Below are positions 47,352 to 56,852 of a DNA stretch of 64,000 nt, piece by piece; position 1 is the first letter of the stretch; each line of letters begins with the position of its first letter. This DNA is from a bacterium (GTDB taxonomy: Bacteria > Patescibacteriota > CPR2 > UBA1875 > JAJYID01). The translations under genes were made by a program, and so were the position numbers. The stretch covers positions 56-64,055 of the forward strand of contig JAJYLR010000003.1 in assembly GCA_021787535.1 (NCBI GenBank), in the 5' to 3' direction. The notes below the pieces were generated by a model, which did no database searches, was not told where the DNA came from, and saw only the letters and a list, made by a program, of their open reading frames with translations.

Positions 47352-47828
47352 TTAGCAGATTTTCGGGTATGACCGCCAAGCCGGTTTGAGTTGGCTAAGG
47401 TCAGCGAGATCAGGATCAGGGCAAGGACAAGGAGGCATTTCAATTTCGAGATCTTTGAAGAGGGTAGGAAATCCTCCTCGCATGGCGCAGGGGAGACCCC
47501 GGAATTCTTCAGTATTGCAGATGTGGAGACTTTCACACTTTGTCGGATCTTCGTCGAACTCGCACATGCCGATCATATTACAGCGCATACATGCGGGCTG
47601 ATATTCTGTTCTGTCCTTTAAGAACGCTTGTATATTTGCGTTGCAAATATCACAGCTGCCGTCGGCATGGCTGTAACTTTGGAGGATATGCGGAGGAATA
47701 CGCCCATCTTGAACATCCACGAGGGTATTAAGCGGGACATGAGGTTCCACATCCGTAGCCAGTGGCTCCAAAGTTCTGTGTAAAAGCTTATGGCCGTATT
47801 GCTTCATTATGCTTTTTGGATCTGCCAT
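47352..47828 (-). CDS. Cys-rich hypothetical protein
   Basis: CDIC, CMRC, further Cys; terminator at 47312-47332. Confidence 0.6.
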   Translation of the reverse strand: MADPKSIMKQYGHKLLHRTLEPLATDVEPHVPLNTLVDVQDGRIPPHILQSYSHADGSCDICNANIQAFLKDRTEYQPACMRCNMIGMCEFDEDPTKCESLHICNTEEFRGLPCAMRGGFPTLFKDLEIEMPPCPCPDPDLADLSQLKPAWRSYPKIC

Positions 47829-47829
47829 A

Positions 47830-48054
47830 TCACCGCTCCTTTGTGGGTTGTAATAGTGAATGTACGCTCTTTGTTTGTGTGAGGCCCCCGATAAACCAGA
47901 ACATCATCAAAACAAAAATAGCAAGGAGTACAAAACCGGGCTCTGACCATGCCACACAAAGATCTCTGATCATTGCGACAGTTCCTATAAGTCCAATCAA
48001 GACCATAAAGGAACAAAAACTTACCCAGACTTTTTGTTCAACTGTTAGGTTCAT
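47830..48054 (-). CDS. Small two-TM protein
   Basis: SD GGGAAAGGA; two hydrophobic segments. Confidence 0.6.
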   Translation of the reverse strand: MNLTVEQKVWVSFCSFMVLIGLIGTVAMIRDLCVAWSEPGFVLLAIFVLMMFWFIGGLTQTKSVHSLLQPTKER

Positions 48055-48204
48055 TAGTTAGTCCTTTCCCGATTGAAAGATGAAGATTATGGACAGCTAA
48101 AAGTACCATATTATATCATAGAAGCCTCTTAATAAACTAACGATTTTGAATCATAAATAAAAAATAAGCCATCTCTGGATAGCTTATTAAGTATGTGTCC
48201 GACT

Positions 48205-48281
48205 TGGCGACCCGGACCGGACTCGAACCGGCGACCTCCTGCGTGACAGGCAGGCGCTCTAACCAACTGAGCTACCGGGCC
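48205..48281 (-). tRNA. tRNA-Asp (GTC)
   Basis: Cloverleaf, loop CTGTCAC, GTTCGAGTC, CCA. Confidence 0.97.
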
Positions 48282-48478
48282 ACGTCGGAATCCTCTATTA
48301 GATTATGAAATTGTCGAAACAATTTCTCCACCTTTTCGAGATTCCTCCTCTTCAATCAAAACCGACAGATTTTGACTGGGATTAACTTTGTTATTTTAGC
48401 AGAAAATGGGCTTTTTAGCAACGGATTTAGAATTTTTGTCTACTTGAATCGGCAAATTTTAACCATTAGAATTTTAGA

Positions 48479-49057
48479 ATGAAGAAGGATCCTAGAAAGT
48501 TTGGGGCGGTTGTTTTGGTGGCGGCTTTGATAGCCGGCGTTTACGGATTTTCGCAGATTTCATCGAAAACGGCTGCTGTTTCAAACAAACCGAAACCGCA
48601 TTACACTGCGCCAAAAGAAGCGCCGAAACCGGGGTTTAACTGGGTGACGCACGTGGTGGATGGCGACACTATTGACGTCGATATGAACGGAAAAACGGAG
48701 CGGATTAGATTAATCGGCATAGATACACCTGAAACGGTCGATCCCAGGAAACCGGTACAATGCTTCGGCAAGGAGGCATCGGATGAAACTAAGAAAATGC
48801 TCTCAGGCAAGCAAATTAGGTTAGAATCTGATCCTACTCAGGATGACCGCGACAAGTACGGCCGGCTGCTTCGCTATGTTTTCCTGCAGGATGGAACGAA
48901 TTACAACCAGTGGCTGATCGACCAGGGATATGCTCACGAGTATACCTATCATATTCCTTATAAATACCAAGCCGAGTTTAAAGCTGCCGAGCGCGCCGCT
49001 CGCGACTCAAACCTTGGCCTGTGGTCGCCTAAAACCTGTGGCGGAATTACAAAATAA
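48479..49057 (+). CDS. Secreted thermonuclease (SNase family)
   Basis: VVDGDTI, IRLIGIDTPE, DKYGRLLRYV, GLW. Confidence 0.93.
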   Translation: MKKDPRKFGAVVLVAALIAGVYGFSQISSKTAAVSNKPKPHYTAPKEAPKPGFNWVTHVVDGDTIDVDMNGKTERIRLIGIDTPETVDPRKPVQCFGKEASDETKKMLSGKQIRLESDPTQDDRDKYGRLLRYVFLQDGTNYNQWLIDQGYAHEYTYHIPYKYQAEFKAAERAARDSNLGLWSPKTCGGITK

Positions 49058-49172
49058 GAACATTGGAGCATCAAGTGTGCTTAAAAAATGCAACTTTCAC
49101 TGCTCTAATACAAATTAGCGTGGTGGTTGTGGGAAAGATTTTTCCAATACAGTGATTGCCGTATTAAAAATA

Positions 49173-49799
49173 TTAATTTTTTTTAGAAGACAGTTTCTTG
49201 CCAAAATGTTTGTGAAAGTAGTAGATGATAATGATGGCCAAAACGACGAACCCGGCCCATCTGAAGTAGTGGAGAAAGCGGAGAACCGTATCCAGGTTTT
49301 TGCTGAAATGATAGCTCAGGAGGGAAATGATTGTGACGAAAGAGATTGCCCCTAAAATATTGAAAGTCAGAAATCTCTTGTAAGCCATGTGCGACATGCC
49401 GGCGGTAAGAGCGGCCAGGATTCTGGTGGTGGCGAAAAAGTGGGCTGTGTAGACGGTTCGTCCGCCTTTTTCCTTGAAAAGCGTTTCCATTTCACCCAAT
49501 TTCTTCTGGTCTATGCGTACATATTTGCCGTATTTCTCAACCAGCGGCCGTCCGCCTTCGCGTCCGATCCAGAAGCCGAGGTTGTCACCGACCACGTCGC
49601 CAACTATTGCAATCGGAATAACCAGCCAGATATTTAAAACCTTTTGGCCGGCAAAAAAAGCCATGGCGACGAGAGTTGACTCTGCCGGGACCGGTATGCC
49701 GGCGTTTTCAAGCATCATGCCGAAAAAGGCAACCAGATAGCCGTAAGTATGGACATACGGCGAAAGCAGATTAACATAATATTGGATCTCGGTGTGCAT
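49173..49799 (-). CDS. DedA family protein
   Basis: ENAGIPVPAES, GDNLGFWIGREGG. Confidence 0.88.
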   Translation of the reverse strand: MHTEIQYYVNLLSPYVHTYGYLVAFFGMMLENAGIPVPAESTLVAMAFFAGQKVLNIWLVIPIAIVGDVVGDNLGFWIGREGGRPLVEKYGKYVRIDQKKLGEMETLFKEKGGRTVYTAHFFATTRILAALTAGMSHMAYKRFLTFNILGAISFVTIISLLSYHFSKNLDTVLRFLHYFRWAGFVVLAIIIIYYFHKHFGKKLSSKKN

Positions 49800-49879
49800 T
49801 AACTAATTATCTTTGATTTATCTGTAATATGCAAAATTTATCTTGCAGAATTGACTAGATCTCTGGTTATGTTTACAAT

Positions 49880-50341
49880 TTGTTTATGGTCAATCAACAA
49901 TTAATTGATTACGTAAAACAAGAATTGGCAAAAGGCAACAGTCCTGAAAAAATCAGCGCCGATCTTTTAGCTCAAGGGTGGAAAAAGATAGATATAGATT
50001 ATGCCTTTGATGAGTTGAATATGGAGAAGTCGGATTCACAGACTTCGGGACCATCCCAGTTACCTGAAAAAGGGCAGCCGCAACAATATTATGAGGCAAT
50101 GATTCCGGTGGAGAAAAAAGGTTCCAAAGGCATGGTTGAGGGGATTATTTCTGTCACGTGCGCGGTCATATCTTTGATTTTTTTGCCGATAATTTTTGGT
50201 CCGGTGGGGATAGTACTTGGTGTTTTGGCACGCAAAAAAGGCCAAAAAACTTTGGGTCTTGTAGGTATTATTCTCTCATCAATATTTCTAGCATTGGGCG
50301 TAATCTTTATGGTTCTGATCATTTTAACCAAATACCATTAG
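49880..50341 (+). CDS. DUF4190-like membrane protein with N-terminal helical domain
   Basis: LIDYVK..G.S...I...L...GW; GPVGIVLGVLA. Confidence 0.7.
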   Translation: MFMVNQQLIDYVKQELAKGNSPEKISADLLAQGWKKIDIDYAFDELNMEKSDSQTSGPSQLPEKGQPQQYYEAMIPVEKKGSKGMVEGIISVTCAVISLIFLPIIFGPVGIVLGVLARKKGQKTLGLVGIILSSIFLALGVIFMVLIILTKYH

Positions 50342-50362
50342 AAGAAATTTTAATTTGATTGC

Positions 50363-51103
50363 ATGTTAATACTTCTCTACTTTCTGTTTGTTTTATGTCC
50401 GATTATTTTCTGGTTTTCCTTTTTTTATTGGGAAGACCGTGCTGATCCCGGTCCTAAGAAGCTGATGGCTTTTATTTTTTTACTCGGTATAGGTATGGCC
50501 ATACTAGCCGGCGCTTTCAATTCGTTAATTTCTTATTATTTGCTGCCCGATCATACCAAGGGGCTGATGGATTTTATTAAACATCCCGTTCCAATGTTTT
50601 TTGTTGTTCTTGCCATAGGCAGTGTTTTAGAAGAGAGTTTAAAGTATTTGACTCTCAGAGAATTTTTTTATGATAGGGTACAGTTTAACCAAATTGCAGA
50701 TGGGATCTTTTATGGAGTGACTTTAGCACTCGGTTTTAGCTTGGTAGAAAACACATCATATTTTTTTATGATTCATCAAAGTATGCCATATGTTAAATTT
50801 TTGATCGATATTGCCGGACGGGCTGTATTTAGCGTCACATTACACATTACCACAGCCGGCATCTTGGGTTTCTACCTTGGCAAAAGAAAATATTCGCTGC
50901 AACATAGCAGGAAATATTTATTTCTCAGTTTAGCGATAGCATACTCTTTGCATCTTTCATTTAATTTATTGAGCATTGTCGGGTTTATTGCGGTGATTCC
51001 TGCCCTAACTTTCCTAATCGTACAATTAAAAAATCCCGATGTCTTGGCTGTGTGGAGGCTAGTTGAGGTTGATGCGGGCGGACATGTAATTCGTGTCGAT
51101 TAA
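50363..51103 (+). CDS. PrsW-family intramembrane protease
   Basis: EESLK, DGIFYG..LGFSLVEN, conserved His residues. Confidence 0.88.
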   Translation: MLILLYFLFVLCPIIFWFSFFYWEDRADPGPKKLMAFIFLLGIGMAILAGAFNSLISYYLLPDHTKGLMDFIKHPVPMFFVVLAIGSVLEESLKYLTLREFFYDRVQFNQIADGIFYGVTLALGFSLVENTSYFFMIHQSMPYVKFLIDIAGRAVFSVTLHITTAGILGFYLGKRKYSLQHSRKYLFLSLAIAYSLHLSFNLLSIVGFIAVIPALTFLIVQLKNPDVLAVWRLVEVDAGGHVIRVD

Positions 51104-51162
51104 CCACACTTACTGGCTGACAATCATTGAAGATTAAGTTGTTGCATGCTAAAATTGCTGCC

Positions 51163-51621
51163 ATGAAAATCAGAAGTATTCAGAGCAAAGATCGGCAAGG
51201 ATGCCTGAAAATAGCAGATTGTTTAAATGATTGGTTTAGTGAAGAAACTCTTCAGGAAATGGCAAAAAAGATTTTAGATTATTCTACTTTTGTTTACGAA
51301 GAGAAGGGTGATATTCTTGGTTTTATAACTCTGAGAGAAGTAAATAGTGGAGTTGAAGAAATCGTTTGGATTGCAGTGGCGAAAAATTATCATCGTGCAG
51401 GTATTGGTACAAAACTTTTAAAATATGCGGAAAATCATCTTAAAAGTAAGCAAATTTTGAAGGTTAAAACCCTGGATAACACTGAGGATTATAAACCTTA
51501 TGAAATCTCCAGGGCTTTTTATGAAAATAACGGTTTTATAAAAATAACAGTAATCGATCCTTATCCCGGTTGGGAGCTGGGGAACCCTTGTGCCATTTAT
51601 ATTAAGCCAATTAACTGGTAA
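51163..51621 (+). CDS. GNAT acetyltransferase
   Basis: HRAGIGTKLL, FYENNGF. Confidence 0.85.
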   Translation: MKIRSIQSKDRQGCLKIADCLNDWFSEETLQEMAKKILDYSTFVYEEKGDILGFITLREVNSGVEEIVWIAVAKNYHRAGIGTKLLKYAENHLKSKQILKVKTLDNTEDYKPYEISRAFYENNGFIKITVIDPYPGWELGNPCAIYIKPINW

Positions 51622-51714
51622 TTAAGCTTAACTCGTGCTAAAATATGCAGGTTATTATTTAGAATTTTGGATTTGATTGTAAATGATTCATTGGAAATTG
51701 AAAATTAATATATA

Positions 51715-51788
51715 GCGGGTATAGTTAAGTGGTATAACGTGACCTTCCCAAGGTCGAGTGACGGGTTCGATTCCCGTTACCCGCTCCA
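51715..51788 (+). tRNA. tRNA-Gly (CCC)
   Basis: Cloverleaf, loop TTCCCAA, CCA. Confidence 0.96.
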
Positions 51789-51804
51789 AATGAGACGGAA
51801 TTGA

Positions 51805-51879
51805 GCCGCCTTAGCTCAGTGGTAGAGCAATGCTTTCGTAAAGCAGAGGTCCCGAGTTCAACTCTCGGAGGCGGCTCCA
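51805..51879 (+). tRNA. tRNA-Thr (CGT)
   Basis: Cloverleaf, loop TTCGTAA, CCA. Confidence 0.96.
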
Positions 51880-51924
51880 TTACATATTCAATAAAAACTA
51901 AGGTATAATGTATCCGCTTTTGTT

Positions 51925-52332
51925 ATGTATAAACAATACTTAAAAAAAATAGATACGGATTCTTTGAGGAAAAAAGCTGTGAAGGCGCACGGCAAATCTT
52001 TCCTTCAGGAAAAACCATTTAAATATATTTTAATGGCAGTTGGTCTTTTGCTTGCAATTGATTTAGTATTTATTTTAACTCATCTCAAGGTGGATCAAAC
52101 TTCACAGCCGATTAAGTATAATTATCTTTTTGGGATTACGAAAACCGGTTCATGGATCTCTACTTTAATTTTACCCGCCATTTTGATTATAGTTACGTTG
52201 ACCAATGTATTAGCTGCTGAGTATTTTTACAAAAAAGATAAGCTTCTGACTTATATTTTCTTAAGTATTAATCTTTTTCTGACCATTATTGTTTTTCTTG
52301 AGACTATTGCTTTAAATGCTCGAGGTTCTTAG
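51925..52332 (+). CDS. Three-TM membrane protein
   Basis: PIKYNYLFGI..GSW; TMs. Confidence 0.7.
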   Translation: MYKQYLKKIDTDSLRKKAVKAHGKSFLQEKPFKYILMAVGLLLAIDLVFILTHLKVDQTSQPIKYNYLFGITKTGSWISTLILPAILIIVTLTNVLAAEYFYKKDKLLTYIFLSINLFLTIIVFLETIALNARGS

Positions 52333-52333
52333 G

Positions 52334-53977
52334 ATGCAAACTTGGGTTGATTCGCATTGGTTTCAGAGATTGCTGGAAATTATTCCAGGGCTTAGCGTCT
52401 GGGCAGTTATAATTTTTCCGTTTGCTTTTGCTTATCCTTTCCCACTCATGGTTGCTTATTTTATTCTGATTTTTAACCTTTATTGGTTTTTGAAAGCGTT
52501 CAATATTGCCCGCCATCTCCTAAACGGACTCTATCACATGAAATATAACATGCATACTAATTGGTACGAGAGGTGCAAAGCGGTTTCGGGAGACCTGCCG
52601 GGTTCTCGATCAAAGTTGAAAGAAGACTATAAGAAAAATGCTAAAAATGTTTTTCAAAAAATCAGGTATCGCGATCTAAAGAAAGAGATTGAAGAACTTG
52701 AAAATCTGGATGACAAGGAGTATTTGGTGAAAAAACTTGACGACATTCTGCATTTGGCGGTTATTCCGACTTACAAAGAGTCTTTTCAGATTTTGGATGA
52801 AACACTTGAATATATTTTGAAATCTAACTACCCCTCGAAGAAAATTATGATTGTAGTAACGGGCGAAGAGAGGGATGAAAAAAATTTTAAAAAAATTTCA
52901 AAACAGCTTGAAGGGAAATATCACGGTAAGTTTAGGAATCTTATCTTTTATGTCCACAAAGATAAAGCTGGCGAAGTAAAAGGGAAGGGCTCTAATATTG
53001 CCTCGGCCGGTAAAAAGGTTATGAAATTTATCACTCAGGAAGGAATCGATCCTGAAAATATCTTAGTTACCACCTTGGATGCCGATCATGTGGTGCACAG
53101 GGAATATTTCTCTCGTCTGACATATAAATATATTACTGATCCCGATAGAGACAGAAAGACTTATCAGCCGGTAGCGCTTCTTTTCAATAATATCTGGGAT
53201 GCGCCGGCGCCAAACAGGGTGGCGGCTATCGCGTCGTCGTTTTGGATTATTGTTGAGTCAATGCGGCCATACCGCTTAAGAACATTTGCTTCGCATACTC
53301 AGAGCTTGAAAACTTTGCTCGTGACGGATTTCTGGTCGACCCAGACTATCGTCGAAGACGGCCATCAGTATTTCCGCACCTATTTTGCCTTTAACGGCAA
53401 TATAGAAATGGTCCCATTGCTCGTTCCGATTTATCAGGATTGTCTCCTAGATAAAACACTTTGGAAAACTTTCAAAAGCCAGTATTTGCAGCGCAGGCGC
53501 TGGGCATGGGGAGCGAGCGATTTTCCGTACGTAGTCAAAAATTTTCTAAAACATCCTGAAATTCCAAAGAGAGAAAAGTTTATCCAAACATTTCGCCAAT
53601 ATATTTCTCATCTCTCATGGGCTTCCTCATCACTGCTTCTTGCTACAGCTTGGGTTCCGCTTCTCTTTAACAAGGTTTTTATGAACTCGGTCATTGCTCA
53701 TAATGTTACAAGCTACAGTTCCAATCTGGCTCTCACTGCCTGGATAGGAGTTTTCTTCAGCGTCTGGACATACCTATTTCTTTTGCCTAAAAAACCAAAA
53801 AAGTATTCTCACTTTCGTTATGTTGGTATGGTGGTTCAATGGATTTTCACTCCGATTGTCGCCATTATACTTAGCTCGCTGCCCTCAATTGACGCCCAAA
53901 CCCGGTTGATGTTCGGTAAATATCTGGAGTTTTTTATTACGCCGAAAATTCGCAAATCAAAGATCGAGATTAGTTAA
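52334..53977 (+). CDS. GT2 membrane glycosyltransferase
   Basis: IPTYKE, GKGSN, TTLDAD, VEDG, QRRRWAWG. Confidence 0.9.
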   Translation: MQTWVDSHWFQRLLEIIPGLSVWAVIIFPFAFAYPFPLMVAYFILIFNLYWFLKAFNIARHLLNGLYHMKYNMHTNWYERCKAVSGDLPGSRSKLKEDYKKNAKNVFQKIRYRDLKKEIEELENLDDKEYLVKKLDDILHLAVIPTYKESFQILDETLEYILKSNYPSKKIMIVVTGEERDEKNFKKISKQLEGKYHGKFRNLIFYVHKDKAGEVKGKGSNIASAGKKVMKFITQEGIDPENILVTTLDADHVVHREYFSRLTYKYITDPDRDRKTYQPVALLFNNIWDAPAPNRVAAIASSFWIIVESMRPYRLRTFASHTQSLKTLLVTDFWSTQTIVEDGHQYFRTYFAFNGNIEMVPLLVPIYQDCLLDKTLWKTFKSQYLQRRRWAWGASDFPYVVKNFLKHPEIPKREKFIQTFRQYISHLSWASSSLLLATAWVPLLFNKVFMNSVIAHNVTSYSSNLALTAWIGVFFSVWTYLFLLPKKPKKYSHFRYVGMVVQWIFTPIVAIILSSLPSIDAQTRLMFGKYLEFFITPKIRKSKIEIS

Positions 53978-54125
53978 TCAATTCATAAGTTTCCGCTCAA
54001 TATCTGTCTGTCGGTAAGGCAGATGATTTGCTGAGGTATACTGGTATGATATTTGGATTAAAGTTATGATTGACAATTAGTTTGCCTGCATCTATAACTA
54101 TGTTAGAATAAATAGAGGAGAGCAG

Positions 54126-54455
54126 ATGGACGGGAAACAATTTTTCGAACTTATAAAAAATATTTATACGGCACTCAAATGTCCGGCTTGCGGAGAAGTT
54201 TATGAGATTGAGGAGATACAATTCATAGGCCAGTTTGACGGGCTATTTCTTATTCAGATGACTTGTTCTAAATGCAAACTGCCTGTTAGTGTTAACTTTT
54301 ATGCGAAAGAAAACCCAAAAGATTTCTTAAGCGACCTTAAAATAATGGATCTCAAAAGCATACCCAGAGAACCTATTTCGACTAACGAAGTTATAGATTT
54401 TCACTCATCACTCAAAAACTTTGACGGCGATCTGAAAAACATTTTAAATAAATAA
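54126..54455 (+). CDS. Zinc-ribbon hypothetical protein
   Basis: CPACG..CSKC, ISTNEVIDFH..LKNFDGD. Confidence 0.75.
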   Translation: MDGKQFFELIKNIYTALKCPACGEVYEIEEIQFIGQFDGLFLIQMTCSKCKLPVSVNFYAKENPKDFLSDLKIMDLKSIPREPISTNEVIDFHSSLKNFDGDLKNILNK

Positions 54456-54565
54456 TCTGATTTCTTATCTAACAATTGACCTTTTGGGGAATTTTTGGTA
54501 AGATGAATTTTGTCTTAAGGATTGATAAGGTCCCGGCTTATGTCGGGATTATCTAAATAAGGTTT

Positions 54566-55264
54566 ATGGAAAAAATTAAACTACAGGCAAAGAAAAGGGA
54601 AGTCTTGGGTAAGAAAGTAGCTGCTCTTAAAAGGCAAGGTTTGGTACCGGCTGTTTTGTATGGTAAAGGTAAGGATAATATTGCGCTTTCGGTTGAAAAT
54701 AAGGCGTTTAATCATGCTTATAAACTATCCGGCGGAAGCACGCTAATACTTTTAGAGATCGAGGGTGATAAAGCGAAGAATGTTTTAGTGAAAGATGTGC
54801 AGAAAGATCCTGTGAAAGATGAGGTGGTACATGCGGACTTCTATCAGGTTAAGATGAGCGAGAAAATCACAGCAACCGTACCGCTCAACTTCATTGGCGA
54901 CTCCAAGGCAGTGATTGACCTATCAGGCAGTCTTATAACCAATAAAAGCGAGCTTGAAGTTGAATGTTTGCCCGCTGATTTGCCGCATGAGCTGGAAGTC
55001 GATATTTCAGCGCTCGAAAACTTTGACTCAGTTATCCATATTAGTGACATTAGAATACCTGAAGGTGTTGAGGTCAAGGATGATCTAGAAGAAGCGGTTG
55101 CTTTCGTAGAGCCGCCTAGAAGCGAAGAGGAATTAGCCGAACTTGAGGAGCCAGTAGAAGAAGGCGAAATGCCGGAGGCAGAACAGGGCGGCAAAGAAGT
55201 AAAAACTGAGGCGGAAGAAGGTGAAGAAAAATCGGTTGAGCCCCAGGAACAAAAAAGTGAATAA
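54566..55264 (+). CDS. rplY: 50S ribosomal protein L25/Ctc
   Basis: GLVPAVLYG, VHADFYQV, VECLPADLP, acidic tail. Confidence 0.95.
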   Translation: MEKIKLQAKKREVLGKKVAALKRQGLVPAVLYGKGKDNIALSVENKAFNHAYKLSGGSTLILLEIEGDKAKNVLVKDVQKDPVKDEVVHADFYQVKMSEKITATVPLNFIGDSKAVIDLSGSLITNKSELEVECLPADLPHELEVDISALENFDSVIHISDIRIPEGVEVKDDLEEAVAFVEPPRSEEELAELEEPVEEGEMPEAEQGGKEVKTEAEEGEEKSVEPQEQKSE

Positions 55265-55322
55265 ATTATATTTCAAAAAGACCTCTTCTTAATAGGTCTT
55301 TTTTAGTGTAAAATGGTTACAA

Positions 55323-55577
55323 ATGTTCAATTTAGAAATATTAGGTTATCTGGGCGGTGGATTGGTTACCATATCATTATTGCCTCAGGTTATAAAATCC
55401 TTTAAGACAAAGTCCACTTCTGATATTTCTATAGTTTATACTTTGGTTTTAATCTCCGGACTTGCACTTTGGGTTCTGTATGCAGCCTTAAATACTATAA
55501 CTCCCCTCTTAATCGCAGCAAGTATTGAGCTGGCTATCACGATTAGTTTGTTTATTTTAAAGTTAATCTATAAATAG
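55323..55577 (+). CDS. SemiSWEET/PQ-loop transporter
   Basis: LPQVIKSFKTKSTSDIS..LWVLY. Confidence 0.85.
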   Translation: MFNLEILGYLGGGLVTISLLPQVIKSFKTKSTSDISIVYTLVLISGLALWVLYAALNTITPLLIAASIELAITISLFILKLIYK

Positions 55578-55582
55578 AAAAA

Positions 55583-56662
55583 ATGAGAAAAATTAAATTA
55601 TTTTTTAACAGGATTAAACTGGTACTCAAAAACAAGTATTTTCTTTTATGCGCTGCCGTAATTGTAATCGCCGGAGGGGCGCTTATTTATGTGGCACTGA
55701 CAAAGCCGGCGGAAATGCCCAATATTCAAATACCTGTCAAAAAACCGGCACCGGTTGATACAAGGGTTCAGTCGAAACTCGAGGGTATCAAAGTTGATCC
55801 CAGTGTGAATAACAGAAAGATCTTAGCCGTAGTGGTCGAGAACCATCCGGATGCCAGGCCGCAATCGGGGCTGGATAAGGCAAGCATTATTTACGAAACG
55901 CTGGCCGAAGGAGGCATAACCAGATTTTTAGCGCTTTATCAAGAAAATCAGGCGGAAGAAATTGGTCCGGTCAGATCGGCCCGGCTGTGCTTTCTTGATT
56001 GGACTCTTGAGTATGATGCGCTTTTCGCTCATGTGGGGGGGAACGTACTCGCTTTGAATAAAATAGGCCCACTGGGTATACAAGATATCAACCAGTTTTA
56101 TTATGCAAACTACTTCTGGCGGGACAACTCTCGTTATGCTCCCCATAATGTTTATACCTCTACAGAAAAGCTTCGAGCCGCTGGAGCTCAGAAAAAATAC
56201 CCGACAACCAGTGATTTTAAAGGATTAGATTTTAAAGCGGACGCATCTCCGGATCAAAGGCCGGCATCTGCCCAACTGACCGTTCATTTTTCCGGTTATG
56301 AATTTGACCCTACCTACACTTATGATAGAAATAACAATGTCTGGCTGAGAAGCGAGGCTGGCGTACCTTTTAAAGATAAGGTTACAGGCAAGCAAATAGC
56401 GCCCAAGAATGTAATCGTGCAGTATGAGGGCTACAGCAATATAACCGACATTTATGACCACACTTTGAGCAATTTTCAAACGCTGGGGTCGGGTAAAGCT
56501 GAGTTTTACATGGATGGCAAGCAGATTGTCGGCACCTGGGAAAAGGCAGACAGAAAGTCCCAAACCGTTTATAAAGACTCGGTCGGTAATCCGATCAAGC
56601 TTGATACTGGCCAGACTTGGATTGAAGTAGTACCAAGCGGCAACACAGTTGATTTCAGGTAA
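55583..56662 (+). CDS. DUF3048-family protein
   Basis: ENHPDARPQSGL..EGGITRF..GPVRSAR, APHNVY, GQTWIEVV. Confidence 0.9.
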   Translation: MRKIKLFFNRIKLVLKNKYFLLCAAVIVIAGGALIYVALTKPAEMPNIQIPVKKPAPVDTRVQSKLEGIKVDPSVNNRKILAVVVENHPDARPQSGLDKASIIYETLAEGGITRFLALYQENQAEEIGPVRSARLCFLDWTLEYDALFAHVGGNVLALNKIGPLGIQDINQFYYANYFWRDNSRYAPHNVYTSTEKLRAAGAQKKYPTTSDFKGLDFKADASPDQRPASAQLTVHFSGYEFDPTYTYDRNNNVWLRSEAGVPFKDKVTGKQIAPKNVIVQYEGYSNITDIYDHTLSNFQTLGSGKAEFYMDGKQIVGTWEKADRKSQTVYKDSVGNPIKLDTGQTWIEVVPSGNTVDFR

Positions 56663-56689
56663 TTAGGGATTAGGTAAATAGGAAATTTG

Positions 56690-56819
56690 GAGACCGTTGA
56701 AAAAGCTAACTTAATTTGTCATTCTGGCGACGATAGGAGACCAGAATCTAAAGGTTACCACACAAGATACAGATTCTGGACAAGCCAGAATGACACCCAA
56801 AATAGTTTTCAACAGTTTC
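56690..56819. mobile_element. MITE-like element: TIR-like ends enclosing a REP pair
   Basis: GAGACCGTTGAAAA/TTTTCAACAGTTTC (12/14) around GTCATTCTGG...CCAGAATGAC (56718-56794). Confidence 0.6.
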
Positions 56820-56852
56820 AGGAATGAGGTTTTAAATTGTTAAGGAAATGTA

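Noticed and set aside
40264-48180. Prophage or integrative element at tRNA-Asp
   Set aside because: No integrase, structural or replication genes and no att duplicate found; ORFans are interleaved with ordinary cellular genes
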